Made by a program: the position numbers and the translations under genes
DNA from: Aeromonadales bacterium
GTDB taxonomy: Bacteria; Pseudomonadota; Gammaproteobacteria; Enterobacterales; Succinivibrionaceae
DNA: 49,459 bases
Direction: 5' to 3'
Assembly: GCA_012519775.1 (NCBI GenBank)
Contig: JAAYPN010000068.1
Span: 1-49,459, forward strand
The notes under the pieces: generated by a model
Database searches by the model: none
What the model was told of the DNA's origin: nothing
Seen by the model: the letters and a program-made list of their open reading frames with translations, nothing else
Shown here: positions 9,204 to 18,984 of the stretch, one piece after another
How the letters are laid out: every line of letters starts with the position of its first letter
How positions within the stretch are numbered: the stretch's first letter is position 1

Positions 9204-9707
9204 ATGAGACACGTAATTTCAATTCTAATTGAGAACGAGGCAGGTGCCTTATCACGTGTTGTAGGTTTATTCTCACAGCGTGGTTACAACATCGACAGCT
9301 TAACTGTCGCTCCTACTGATGATCCTACCCTATCACGTTGTACTATTCTTACAACAGGTGAGAAGGACGAGGCAGAGCAGATAACCAAACAGCTACATAA
9401 ACTTGTATGCGTATTTAGAGTCTCTGCTTTATGTGAGGAAGCAGAAGGCGGCATAGAGCGTGAGATGGTATTAGTAAAGGTGAATACACCTAACCGCAAC
9501 GTTCGTGATGAGGTAAAGAGTCTTGCCGATATCTTTGGAGCAAAGATCATTGATGTTAATGCTGAGATCTTTACTATTCAGTATGTTGGTAATTCAGATG
9601 AGACAGACAACTTCATTCAGACTCTATGCAAACTTGCTGAGGTAGTTGAAGTAGTTCGCTCAGGTGTTCTTGGAATTGCCAAAGGCTCACACTTCATGAA
9701 GCCTTAA
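9204..9707 (+). CDS. ilvH: Acetolactate synthase small subunit, copy 2
   Basis: IENEAGALSRVVGLFSQRGYNIDSLTVAPTDDPTLSR, very close to the E. coli IlvH ACT domain; abuts the ilvI stop. Confidence 0.93.
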   Translation: MRHVISILIENEAGALSRVVGLFSQRGYNIDSLTVAPTDDPTLSRCTILTTGEKDEAEQITKQLHKLVCVFRVSALCEEAEGGIEREMVLVKVNTPNRNVRDEVKSLADIFGAKIIDVNAEIFTIQYVGNSDETDNFIQTLCKLAEVVEVVRSGVLGIAKGSHFMKP

Positions 9708-9715
9708 AAATGCAA

Positions 9716-9750
9716 AATCTCCCTGGTTTCAGACTGGGGGGATTACTCTT
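9716..9750 (+). terminator. Hairpin after ilvH copy 2 (terminator-like, weak U tract)
   Basis: AATCTCCCTGGT / ACTGGGGGGATT 12-bp stem with G.U pairs that work only on the + strand. Confidence 0.5.
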
Positions 9751-9892
9751 AGGCTACCTCTCAATACAACCTCTCCATCATCAGTTATCTTCAGTTAAAG
9801 TGAGTATTATGGCTTATTGCAGCATAGGAATATCTGCATCTGTATAAACAATTCTGATTTGAAAGTTGGTGATTATAAGAAGAGAGGAAATG

Positions 9893-9925
9893 AAAAAGCC
9901 CAGACTAGACAGACTGGGCATTTTT
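9893..9925 (-). terminator. Terminator of the rpsP-rimM-trmD-rplS operon (possibly bidirectional)
   Basis: GCCCAG / CTGGGC stem flanked by A5 and T5 tracts. Confidence 0.75.
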
Positions 9926-9946
9926 AAGAATAAACTAATACTCTGA

Positions 9947-10300
9947 TTAGTTGATCTTCTCACGAATACGTGCTGACTTACCAGTACGCTCACGTAAGTA
10001 GTATAACTTAGCACGACGTACGTCACCGCGACGGGTTACGGTAATTGAAGCAATTAGAGGTGAGTGAGTCTGGAATACACGCTCAACACCTTCGCCAGAT
10101 GACATCTTACGAACGGTGAAAGATGAATTTAGACCACGGTTACGTTTAGCAATAACGTTGCCTTCGAAAGCCTGTAGACGGGTCTTCTCACCTTCTACAA
10201 CCTTAACCTCAACACGTACGGTATCACCAGGATTGAAATCTGGGATATCATTACGAATCTGCTCTTTCTCTAGCTGATCAATAATTGGGTTGCTAGCCAT
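9947..10300 (-). CDS. rplS: 50S ribosomal protein L19
   Basis: [33 protein letters not shown]; start reassigned to ATG 10300 (MASNPII). Confidence 0.97.
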   Translation of the reverse strand: MASNPIIDQLEKEQIRNDIPDFNPGDTVRVEVKVVEGEKTRLQAFEGNVIAKRNRGLNSSFTVRKMSSGEGVERVFQTHSPLIASITVTRRGDVRRAKLYYLRERTGKSARIREKIN

Positions 10301-10335
10301 TTTGAAGTACCTACCATTAAGTAAAAACAAAAAAA

Positions 10336-11079
10336 TCAGTTCCAACCGCGTTCTTTTTTATATTCCTCAAGAAGTTTCTTCTCGAGCTTTGAAAGTTCGC
10401 GATCTTTAAGCAAATCTGGACGTCTTTCATATGTACGGCCAAGACACTGCTTTAAGCGCCAGTTACGGATATTCTGATGGTTGCCACTTAGTAAGATATC
10501 CGGAACTTTAAGTCCATCAATCACCTCAGGACGTGTGTACTGAGGAAAGTGTAATAAACCTTGAGCAAAAGTATCCTCTTGCGCATTCTGAATGTTGCCT
10601 AATACACCAGGCACCATTCTTGAAACTGCATCGATGATACACATAGCAGGAAGTTCACCCCCTGATAGGACGTAGTCACCGATTGAAACCTCCAGATCGA
10701 CTTCAGTCTGAAGGACACGCTCGTCAATACCTTCGTAGCGTCCTGCTACCAAGATCATTGAACCCCAGCTGTGGAATTTAGTGACCAGAGAGTGATCGAG
10801 CTGTTTACCTTGAGGAGATAAACAAACTACTTTTGTACCCTTTGTTGCTTGAGCTTTTGCTGCATGAATTGCATCACGTAGCGGCTGTACCTGCATCAAC
10901 ATACCTGGACCACCGCCATATGGCTTATCATCCACGTTGTGAAACTTATCAAGAGTATAGTCACGAGGATTGAAATACTCGACTTTAATTAGTCCGTTTT
11001 CACAAGCTCGTCTTGTTACTCCTGATTTTGTTACAGCGTCAAACATCTCAGGAAAGAGTGTAACTACACCAAAATACAT
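10336..11079 (-). CDS. trmD: tRNA (guanine-37-N1)-methyltransferase
   Basis: [37 protein letters not shown]; start reassigned to ATG 11079. Confidence 0.97.
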   Translation of the reverse strand: MYFGVVTLFPEMFDAVTKSGVTRRACENGLIKVEYFNPRDYTLDKFHNVDDKPYGGGPGMLMQVQPLRDAIHAAKAQATKGTKVVCLSPQGKQLDHSLVTKFHSWGSMILVAGRYEGIDERVLQTEVDLEVSIGDYVLSGGELPAMCIIDAVSRMVPGVLGNIQNAQEDTFAQGLLHFPQYTRPEVIDGLKVPDILLSGNHQNIRNWRLKQCLGRTYERRPDLLKDRELSKLEKKLLEEYKKERGWN

Positions 11080-11081
11080 GG

Positions 11082-11612
11082 TTAATAATCCACACCCCAC
11101 TCAACCTCAATTGTCTTAGCTTTGAGATCAACTGCTTTAACAATTGGGCCCTCGACATAAGGAATAAGTAAATCTTCTTCTCTTTCCTTTGCCAGGTGGT
11201 CAGAGGGAGAAACTTCTAAAATAGGAGCTGCTCCATAATCCCTAATTCTCGATACTTTACCGAGCATTACACCTTCAAGTCCAATTACCGTGCATCCAAT
11301 TAAGTCTACAAGGTAAACTGTACCTTCAGGCACAGGTGGCAGGCTTGAGCGCCTGATCCCTATTTCAGCTCCTGCATAAGCCTTAGCCTCTTCAGGAGTT
11401 GATGCCACATTTAACTTAACGATGAAATCGTTACCATGTGGCTTATATTCTTCAACCTGAACCTCGCGCCATTCTGCCCCGCGCTGACGTATAAACCATG
11501 GCGTGTAGTCAAAAAGGTTCTCAGGTTGGCTAGTAAAAGAACTGACTTTCATCCAGCCTTTTACTCCAAATGAAGAGCCTAAGGCTCCCATTTGACGCGG
11601 TGTATCTGCCAT
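11082..11612 (-). CDS. rimM: Ribosome maturation factor RimM
   Basis: [25 protein letters not shown] end; between rpsP and trmD. Confidence 0.95.
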   Translation of the reverse strand: MADTPRQMGALGSSFGVKGWMKVSSFTSQPENLFDYTPWFIRQRGAEWREVQVEEYKPHGNDFIVKLNVASTPEEAKAYAGAEIGIRRSSLPPVPEGTVYLVDLIGCTVIGLEGVMLGKVSRIRDYGAAPILEVSPSDHLAKEREEDLLIPYVEGPIVKAVDLKAKTIEVEWGVDY

Positions 11613-11621
11613 AAGCAGGTA

Positions 11622-11996
11622 TTAAGCCTCAGCAGGTGCTTCTGCAGCAGCAGCCTCAGCAGCTTCAGCAGCAGCCTTTGCCTCTGCAGCAGCTTTCTTA
11701 GCAGCTAAAGCAGCATCGTGCTTGTCAGCCTTTGCCTTTAAAACAGTTTCTTCACCCTGCTCAGCTTCCCATAGAAGACGCTTTACACGGTCTGAAGGTT
11801 GTGCACCCTTTGCAATCCATGCATTGATGCTCTCTAAATCTAAACGTAGACGTATTTCTTTACCGCATGCGATTGGGTTGTAAATACCAACCAGCTCGAT
11901 GTAGCGGCCAGTTGCTGCAAAGCGCTTGTCTGCAACAATAACGTGATAGAAAGGACGTTTTTTAGCGCCTAAACGACGTAAACGAATGACTACCAT
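11622..11996 (-). CDS. rpsP: 30S ribosomal protein S16 with C-terminal Ala/Glu/Lys-rich extension
   Basis: [39 protein letters not shown]. Confidence 0.97.
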   Translation of the reverse strand: MVVIRLRRLGAKKRPFYHVIVADKRFAATGRYIELVGIYNPIACGKEIRLRLDLESINAWIAKGAQPSDRVKRLLWEAEQGEETVLKAKADKHDAALAAKKAAAEAKAAAEAAEAAAAEAPAEA

Positions 11997-12071
11997 TTCG
12001 CTAGTACCTATATAAAAATAAAAATCATGGTGAAAAGTAAAAATTCACCAACATACAAAAACAGTTGCGTT

Positions 12072-12099
12072 ATTTTACATGATTTTCAACAAAAATCAA
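12072..12099 (-). promoter_or_regulatory. Candidate sigma70 promoter of rpsP
   Basis: TTGATT-N16-TAAAAT on the minus strand. Confidence 0.5.
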
Positions 12100-12164
12100 G
12101 TTTTAGAAAAATTAATATCATTTTTCTAACTAAACACAACTGTTCACCGGAAAAAAACTGTTGA

Positions 12165-13550
12165 TTAACGACGGAAAAGATTACCCATACCGCCCATGCC
12201 ACCCATAGCGCCCATCATGCCTTTCATGGCACCAGCCATCTTGCGAACACCACCTTTACCCATCTTCTTCATCATCTTCTGGGTCATGTCAAACTGTCTT
12301 AACAGAACATTAACTTCGTGGATTTCAACGCCGGCACCGGCTGCAATTCTCTTTTTACGGGAACCTTTAATAATTTCTGGGTGAATGCGCTCTTTTTTGG
12401 TCATGGAATTGATGATAGCTTCCATGTGAGCAATGGACTTGTCGTTTACCTTATCTTTAATCTGATCGGTTAAACCGCCCATACCAGGTAACTTATCTAA
12501 AAGACCTGCCATACCTCCCATCTTCTTCATCTGAGCAATCTGATCTCTAAAGTCCTCAAATGTAAAGCCCTGACCGGACTTTAACTTCTGAGCCATCTTC
12601 TTAGCCTGCTCAACATCGGTATTTCTCTGTAGATCCTCGATAAGAGTAAGCACATCACCCATATCAAGAATACGGGATGCGATTCTGTCTGGATGGAATG
12701 GCTCTAAGGCTACAATCTTTTCGCCCATACCAATGAATTTAATTGGTTTACCGGTAATTTCCTTTACTGATAAGGCTGCACCACCACGAGCATCACCGTC
12801 AGCCTTAGTTAAAATTACACCGGTAAGTTCTAATGCTTCATTGAAGGCTTTTGCTGTATTTGCAGCATCCTGACCAGTCATGGCATCAACTACAAAGAAT
12901 GTCTCGATAGGATCGACAATGTCGTGAAGTCTCTTCACCTCATTCATCATCTCCTCATCAACAGCAAGACGACCTGCAGTATCAACAATTACTACATCAT
13001 AAGCCTTGAGTTTACCTTCCTGAAGAGCAGCCTTTGCCAGGTCTTCAGGAGTACGAGATGGATCGGATGGATAGTTGTCCACACCAATTTCTGAAGCTAA
13101 AGTCTTTAGCTGCTCCATAGCAGCAGGACGATAGGTATCAACTGATACTAATAAAACTTTTTTGTTTAATCTTTCTTTTAAATATAAAGCAAGCTTTGCA
13201 GCTGTTGTTGTTTTACCGGCACCCTGAAGACCTGCAAGCAAGATCACAGCAGGTGGCTGATGAGCTAAATTGATTTCACAGGTATCACCACCCATGGTAG
13301 CAACAAGTTCAGCATGAACAGCTTTAATGAACTCCTGACCAGGAGTTAAGCTCTGACTTACCTCTAAACCTACAGTTCTTTCTTTAACTCTTTGTGTGAA
13401 GGCTTTAACAACTGGAAGGGCAACATCAGCCTCAAGTAATGCTGTACGAACCTCACGTAAGGTATCCTTGATGTTCTCTTCGGTAATTCTGCCTTTACCA
13501 GTAATATTTTTTAAAGTGCGATTAAGTCTTTGAGTAAGATTTTCAAACAT
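12165..13550 (-). CDS. ffh: Signal recognition particle protein Ffh
   Basis: GLQGAGKTT, DTAGR, TKADGDARGG, Met-rich M domain. Confidence 0.98.
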   Translation of the reverse strand: MFENLTQRLNRTLKNITGKGRITEENIKDTLREVRTALLEADVALPVVKAFTQRVKERTVGLEVSQSLTPGQEFIKAVHAELVATMGGDTCEINLAHQPPAVILLAGLQGAGKTTTAAKLALYLKERLNKKVLLVSVDTYRPAAMEQLKTLASEIGVDNYPSDPSRTPEDLAKAALQEGKLKAYDVVIVDTAGRLAVDEEMMNEVKRLHDIVDPIETFFVVDAMTGQDAANTAKAFNEALELTGVILTKADGDARGGAALSVKEITGKPIKFIGMGEKIVALEPFHPDRIASRILDMGDVLTLIEDLQRNTDVEQAKKMAQKLKSGQGFTFEDFRDQIAQMKKMGGMAGLLDKLPGMGGLTDQIKDKVNDKSIAHMEAIINSMTKKERIHPEIIKGSRKKRIAAGAGVEIHEVNVLLRQFDMTQKMMKKMGKGGVRKMAGAMKGMMGAMGGMGGMGNLFRR

Positions 13551-13606
13551 TGTTAAAGCTCATAGTTAAATCTAGTCATCATTATGATGACGACAACAAT
13601 GTGTAG

Positions 13607-13615
13607 ATTATATCA
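13607..13615 (-). promoter_or_regulatory. Extended -10 promoter candidate for ffh
   Basis: TGA-TATAAT about 57 nt upstream of the ATG. Confidence 0.45.
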
Positions 13616-13683
13616 GATAATAGCGAATATATGATAATAGCGACTTACGTCGCTCTAAGAATGAATAGAATAGATAAAATTTT

Positions 13684-14415
13684 TTAATAATCAGGCTCAA
13701 AAGCCATATTTCTGGCTATGACATTTGGTGGTAAATGCTTTTTAAGCTCTTCTTCAAGATAAGCCTTCTTGGCATTTGAGTAATCATCAAAAAACTTTGA
13801 ATGATATAACCAGCCAAAAGCTTCCTCGTATAAGGCAGGTGAACCGCCATATCCGCGAACTAGCATATCAGCCCAATTTAAACGAGCTGTCTTAGAACCT
13901 AATGCTGCCGCTGTGTGCATATACTGCTCAGATAAGGTTAAATTCTTGCTGGTGAAAAGCCCTCTTTCAAAAAACTGTGCCATCCTAACCATTGCAGGAG
14001 CATAGCCCTCGTCAGCAGCCTTTCTTATATAACCTAAACCTAATTCCTTATCTTTACGTACACAAGTGCCATCTAATAATAAGCTGCCCCATGCATACAT
14101 AAAAACAGGTGACTTTACCAAACGGGCACGATCTTCGATATCAGAGATAAACTGACATTTATCTCTTTTTTTCACAACAGAGGCTAAATCACTGTTCTCG
14201 ATGATTGTATTCATTCGGTCAGGAGAATACATCTCCAGACTTGCACCATCGGCTACAGCAATAGAACTCATATCGATACCTTCTAGTGTATCTTTAGCAA
14301 CCATAGCCTTAGTACTAGTGATCACATCATATTTTGCAGCATAAGATATATCAGTAGATAGATTAATAGCGCATATTGCCAAAGCTATAGCACTAAGCTT
14401 AAAGACATTGCCCAT
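13684..14415 (-). CDS. motX: Sel1-repeat flagellar T-ring protein MotX homologue
   Basis: Signal peptide; segments match Vibrio MotX as recalled: DKCQFISDIEDRA (cf. DNCQLVEDIVARA), GTCVRKDKELGL (GVCVEQDVELGL), SPALYEEAFGWLY (SPLDYEDAYRWLY), LPPNVIAR (MPQNIVAR); RBS AGGAGG. Confidence 0.8.
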   Translation of the reverse strand: MGNVFKLSAIALAICAINLSTDISYAAKYDVITSTKAMVAKDTLEGIDMSSIAVADGASLEMYSPDRMNTIIENSDLASVVKKRDKCQFISDIEDRARLVKSPVFMYAWGSLLLDGTCVRKDKELGLGYIRKAADEGYAPAMVRMAQFFERGLFTSKNLTLSEQYMHTAAALGSKTARLNWADMLVRGYGGSPALYEEAFGWLYHSKFFDDYSNAKKAYLEEELKKHLPPNVIARNMAFEPDY

Positions 14416-14470
14416 TACTCTCCTCCTTTAAATCCTTGCAAAGAATGATAATTTCTTTAACTCATTTTAT

Positions 14471-14497
14471 ATTTCGGTAAAAATCCATAATAATTTA
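14471..14497 (-). promoter_or_regulatory. Candidate sigma28 (FliA) promoter of motX
   Basis: TAAA-N15-ACCGAAAT vs consensus TAAA-N15-GCCGATAA. Confidence 0.45.
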
Positions 14498-14564
14498 ATG
14501 ATTATTGCGATTTTTTACGGAATATAAATCATAGTGTGACCAGAGATACCCATTTAGATAAATT

Positions 14565-14593
14565 AAGGCCCTATAACAAGTATAGAGCCTTTT
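14565..14593 (-). terminator. Terminator after mdh
   Basis: AAGGCTCTATA / TATAGGGCCTT stem on the minus strand; weak U tract. Confidence 0.6.
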
Positions 14594-14619
14594 CTTTCGT
14601 TTAATAAATTAAACTAGGA

Positions 14620-15579
14620 TTATTTGTTCTCAGCAATCCACTTCTGAGCAAACTCAACACCCTTTTGGATGTTGCCCTGAAGAGCTGGCATAGCCTCGTC
14701 AATCTGCTTCTGCTCGAAAGCTGAAATAGTACCGATATCAAGAGCACGCTCCCAACCGTTCTTACCAAATACTACAGCCTGAGCAAAGAACTTAGAGTTC
14801 TTGTTGTCTGACTCAATGTAGCAGTACTCGTTAACACCAGGCTCACCCATTAAGCCACGAACAACCTTAAGAGCAAAACGAGCACCAGCAGTTGCCATTG
14901 ATAAGGTAGCTGAACCTGCGCCTACCTTTGCCTCAACAACTTCAGTACCAGCATTCTGGATACGGGTTGTTAACTCAGCGATACGAGTCTCAGAGATCTT
15001 CTCTGAACCGATAACCTGAGAAATTAGAGGAATAATTGTATTACCTGAGTGACCACCAATTACTGGTACCTGAATACGCTGGTTTGAAATACCTAGCTCA
15101 GCTGCAATAAAGGTCTCTGAACGTAGTACATCTAGAACTGATACACCAAATAGACGGTGCTTATCGTATACACCTTCTGCCTTTAATACTTCGGCTGCTA
15201 ATGGAACTGTTGAGTTAACTGGGTTGGTAATAATGCAGATACATGCCTTTGGACAGGTTTTTGCACAGTTACGAACTAGATTTGCGATAATGCCTGCGTT
15301 TACATTGAATAGGTCATCACGTGTCATACCTGGCTTACGTGCAACACCTGCAGGAATTACAACAACATCTACACCCTCTAGAGCTTTTGGTAGGTCATCA
15401 CCAGTGAAACCATCAACAGCGACGTCTGTTGGGATATGGCTTAGATCTTTTGCTACACCAGGTGTAAAAGGTGCAACATCAAATAAGTTAAGCTGAGAGC
15501 CAGCTGGTAAATTATTCTTTAAAATCATTGATAAAGGCTGGCCAATACCGCCTGCTGCACCTAAAACTGCAACTTTCAT
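14620..15579 (-). CDS. mdh: Malate dehydrogenase (E. coli type)
   Basis: [49 protein letters not shown]. Confidence 0.97.
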   Translation of the reverse strand: MKVAVLGAAGGIGQPLSMILKNNLPAGSQLNLFDVAPFTPGVAKDLSHIPTDVAVDGFTGDDLPKALEGVDVVVIPAGVARKPGMTRDDLFNVNAGIIANLVRNCAKTCPKACICIITNPVNSTVPLAAEVLKAEGVYDKHRLFGVSVLDVLRSETFIAAELGISNQRIQVPVIGGHSGNTIIPLISQVIGSEKISETRIAELTTRIQNAGTEVVEAKVGAGSATLSMATAGARFALKVVRGLMGEPGVNEYCYIESDNKNSKFFAQAVVFGKNGWERALDIGTISAFEQKQIDEAMPALQGNIQKGVEFAQKWIAENK

Positions 15580-15804
15580 GTGTTACTCCTAACAATAACA
15601 ATTGTGTAGATGATTCTACTTTCCTAAGTATAAGAAATAAAAAATTCTTTTCCATTCATTATTATAGCAAACCTTTAATTTGCTTGCTCTTTTATTGTTA
15701 GTATACAAACTGAATATGTGACTTTAGATAAAAAAGGCGACATTTATTATCATAAACGGATGAAATTTTTATTGCTTTTTCACGAATTTGACCTTCATTG
15801 ATGC

Positions 15805-15835
15805 AAAAGGGCCTATCTGGATCACAGATAGGCCC
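15805..15835 (-). terminator. Terminator after acnB
   Basis: GGGCCTATCTG / CAGATAGGCCC 11-bp stem followed by TTTT on the minus strand. Confidence 0.8.
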
Positions 15836-15869
15836 CAAATCGATGCTCCATGGCATCTGACTCAATATA

Positions 15870-18422
15870 TTACTTTGTAAAATCTAATAATGAGTAGATA
15901 GTTTCTTCTTTACCTTCTAGGCACTTGGTGTTCTCAAAATACTCTTCTACAGTTGGCAGATAACCTAACTTTGCAGTAACAGCTGCAAGCTCAGCACTAC
16001 CTAAGTATACGTTAGCACCGTTTCCTAGTCTGTTAGGGAAGTTTCGTGTTGATGTTGAAATCACAGTAGCATTGTCAGCAACACGTGCCTGGTTACCCAT
16101 ACATAGTGAGCAACCTGGAGTTTCAACACGGGCACCGGCCTTGCCTAAAACAGCTAAAAGACCTTCATCTGACAGTTCCTGTCTGTCCATTCTTGTAGGA
16201 GGGACTATCCATAGACGAACTTTAGCCTCGCTCTTTAAATCCTTAAAGATTTCAGCTGCTGCTCTGTAGTGACCGATATTAGTCATACATGAACCTACGA
16301 AAACCTCATCAATGTGAGTCTTGGCAACTGATGAAAGCAGACGTGCATCATCTGGATCGTTAGGTGCACATAAAATTGGCTCGTTAATCTTATCGCAGTC
16401 AATCTCAAGTACGGCAGCATAGCTGCAATCCTTGTCAGCCTCGATTAGGCTTGGGTTATCAAGCCACTTCTGCATCTGCTCGGCACGAGCTAGTAGTGCC
16501 TCTTTTGTCTCGTAAGCATCTTCTGCCATCTTCTTTAAAAGAGCGATGTTAGATTTTAGATATTTTGCTACAGACTCTTCTGACAGCTTGATTGCACAGG
16601 CAGCAGCTGAACGCTCAGCTGATGCGTCAGCAAGCTCGAATGCGTGCTCAACGCTTAGATCCTCAAGACCTTCAATTTCAATGATCTTGCCTGAGAATAC
16701 GTTCTTCTTACCTTTCTTCTCAACGGTAAGCATCCCCTGCTCAATTGCAAAGTAAGGGATTGCATGTACTAAATCACGTAGAGTGATACCAGGCTTTCTC
16801 TTGCCTTTGAATCTTACTAATACAGATTCAGGCATATCAAGTGGCATAATGCCTGTTGCTGCTGCAAAAGCAACAAGGCCTGAACCTGCTGCAAATGAAA
16901 TACCTAAAGGCATTCTGGTGTGAGAGTCACCACCAGTACCTACTGTATCTGGAAGACACATTCTGTTAAGCCATGTGTGAATAACACCATCACCTGGATT
17001 TAGAGAAACACCACCTCTGTCCTGAATGAACTTAGGTAGGGTGAGGTGAGTCTTAACATCAACTGGCTTTGGATAAGCTGCTGTATGGCAGAAAGACTGC
17101 ATAACCATTGGAGCTGAGAATTTTAAACAAGCAAGATCAACTAACTCGTCACGAGTCATTGGACCTGTTGTATCCTGAGAGCCTACAGTTGAAATAATTG
17201 GCTGGCAGTACTGACCAGGACGTACGCCCTCTAAACCACATGCCTTACCTACAATCTTCTGTGCTCTGGTATAACCGCCCTGAGCCTCAACAGTTGCAGC
17301 TTTTGCAAATACATCTGACTCTGCAAGTTTTAGATACTTACGAGCCTTTGAAGTTAAATCCTTACCGATAATAAGTGGAATACGGCCGCCAGCACGAACC
17401 TCATCTAAAAGAGTACTGGTCTTTAATGCAAACTCTGTTAATACCTTACCGGTGTTGTGATCTGTAATGGTACCATCGTATACGTTTAAATCTACAACAT
17501 CACCGCTGTTTAGATTTACAACGTCAGCTTCGATTGGAAGTGCGCCTGAATCCTCAAGTGTGTTGTAGAAAATAGGAGCAATCTTGCCACCTACTACAAC
17601 ACCGCCGGCACGCTTGTTAGGTACACCTTCAATATCATGACCGATGTGCCAGATTAAAGAGTTGGCAGCTGACTTACGTGATGAACCGGTACCTACAACG
17701 TCACCTACGAATAATAATGGATTGCCTTGTGCCTTTAATTTCTCAATGGTAGATACTGGGCCTTTAACACCTTCTACATCTGCTTTAACATCATCACGAC
17801 TGATTTTGAACATAGCAAGTGCATGTAGTGGAATATCAGGACGTGACCATGCGTCAGGTGCTGGAGAAAAATCATCAGTGTTGGTCTCGCCTGCAACCTT
17901 AAATACAGTTAGAGTAAGCTTTGATGGGAATTTGTCTTTCTGAGTAAACCAGGTAGCGTCAGCCCATTTCTTGATTAACTCTAAAGCAACCTTGTTGCCA
18001 TTATCTGCAAGAGCTGCTACATCATCAAAAGCATTGTAGATTAAAAGAGTGCTCTCTAATGCATCCATTGCATCCTGTGAAAGTTCTTCATTCTCTAAGA
18101 GCTTTACAAGATAACCTACGTTAAAACCACCCTTCATCTGGCCTAATAGCTTAACTGCAAGTTTCTTGTCTACGATTGGGCTTACAGCGCCACCTGTTGC
18201 AATCTCATACAGGAATTGAGCCTTTACCTTTGAAGACTCGTCAACACCTGGGTTAATTCTGTCTTTTAACAGGTGCAAAAGTTCATCTTTTGCGTCAATT
18301 GGAGGATTCTTTAAAAGATCACATAGTTCCTTTGTAAATTCAGCATTTAATGCTAATGGCTCAACACCAATAGCTTGACGTTGTGCTGCTTGTTCATAGT
18401 ATTTTTGAAGAAAGTTAGCCAT
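15870..18422 (-). CDS. acnB: Aconitate hydratase B
   Basis: N-terminal HEAT-like domain, GETNTDD.SPA, GTGSSRKSA, SQDTTGPM, GDSHTR, VGSCMTN, PGCSLCMGN. Confidence 0.97.
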   Translation of the reverse strand: MANFLQKYYEQAAQRQAIGVEPLALNAEFTKELCDLLKNPPIDAKDELLHLLKDRINPGVDESSKVKAQFLYEIATGGAVSPIVDKKLAVKLLGQMKGGFNVGYLVKLLENEELSQDAMDALESTLLIYNAFDDVAALADNGNKVALELIKKWADATWFTQKDKFPSKLTLTVFKVAGETNTDDFSPAPDAWSRPDIPLHALAMFKISRDDVKADVEGVKGPVSTIEKLKAQGNPLLFVGDVVGTGSSRKSAANSLIWHIGHDIEGVPNKRAGGVVVGGKIAPIFYNTLEDSGALPIEADVVNLNSGDVVDLNVYDGTITDHNTGKVLTEFALKTSTLLDEVRAGGRIPLIIGKDLTSKARKYLKLAESDVFAKAATVEAQGGYTRAQKIVGKACGLEGVRPGQYCQPIISTVGSQDTTGPMTRDELVDLACLKFSAPMVMQSFCHTAAYPKPVDVKTHLTLPKFIQDRGGVSLNPGDGVIHTWLNRMCLPDTVGTGGDSHTRMPLGISFAAGSGLVAFAAATGIMPLDMPESVLVRFKGKRKPGITLRDLVHAIPYFAIEQGMLTVEKKGKKNVFSGKIIEIEGLEDLSVEHAFELADASAERSAAACAIKLSEESVAKYLKSNIALLKKMAEDAYETKEALLARAEQMQKWLDNPSLIEADKDCSYAAVLEIDCDKINEPILCAPNDPDDARLLSSVAKTHIDEVFVGSCMTNIGHYRAAAEIFKDLKSEAKVRLWIVPPTRMDRQELSDEGLLAVLGKAGARVETPGCSLCMGNQARVADNATVISTSTRNFPNRLGNGANVYLGSAELAAVTAKLGYLPTVEEYFENTKCLEGKEETIYSLLDFTK

Positions 18423-18441
18423 AAGCTAGATGAACCTCGTT

Positions 18442-18969
18442 TTATCTTATCCAACTCCAATCAAAATAACGACCAGGATCAGTCTTTCTTGTTGGAGCAA
18501 CTTCATTATGACCTGCAATGTTATTGCCGATTGCAGGATATGTTTTCTTTAAAAGAGTCACTACCTCTTTTAAACTTGTATATTGCTCAATAGTGTATTC
18601 AGAATCATCGCTTCCCTCAAGTTCAATGCCAATTGAATAGTCATTGCACTCTTTATGATCATTATAGGAGGAGCGACCGGCATGCCATGCTCTGTCAAGG
18701 AAGGAAACATATTGAGTTATCTTCCCCTGTCTATTGATAAAAAGATGTGTAGAAACTTCAAGAGGAGCTACATCCTTAAAGTAAGGATGCGCATTTGGGT
18801 CTAAACAGCCAAGAAACAAATCATCCACAAAATGACCGCCATACTTGTGTGGTGGCAGTGCGATACAGTGAATGACAATTAGGGAGATTTCTGTAGAAGC
18901 AGGTCTTTTACCAAAGCGACTGACCGGAACCTGCCTTACATCGGAGAGCCAGCCAGCCTTAATTTCCAC
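18442..18969 (-). CDS. ampD: 1,6-anhydro-N-acetylmuramyl-L-alanine amidase AmpD
   Basis: IHCIALPP, AWHAG, SIGIELEG, AGH..VAP.RKTDPG; GTG start. Confidence 0.95.
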   Translation of the reverse strand: MEIKAGWLSDVRQVPVSRFGKRPASTEISLIVIHCIALPPHKYGGHFVDDLFLGCLDPNAHPYFKDVAPLEVSTHLFINRQGKITQYVSFLDRAWHAGRSSYNDHKECNDYSIGIELEGSDDSEYTIEQYTSLKEVVTLLKKTYPAIGNNIAGHNEVAPTRKTDPGRYFDWSWIR

Positions 18970-18984
18970 GACCTGTACCTACAG

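Noticed and set aside
9750-9890. 6S RNA identity for the long hairpin
   Set aside because: No 6S sequence motifs recognised and it is not in the usual zapA-ygfA context.
9814-10026. 70-aa minus-strand ORF with a hydrophobic stretch (possible type I toxin)
   Set aside because: It overlaps rplS out of frame, crosses its terminator and has no RBS.
13575-13654. Short palindromes upstream of ffh (GTCATCA/TGATGAC, AGCGAC/GTCGCT)
   Set aside because: Too short to support a specific RNA motif or operator.
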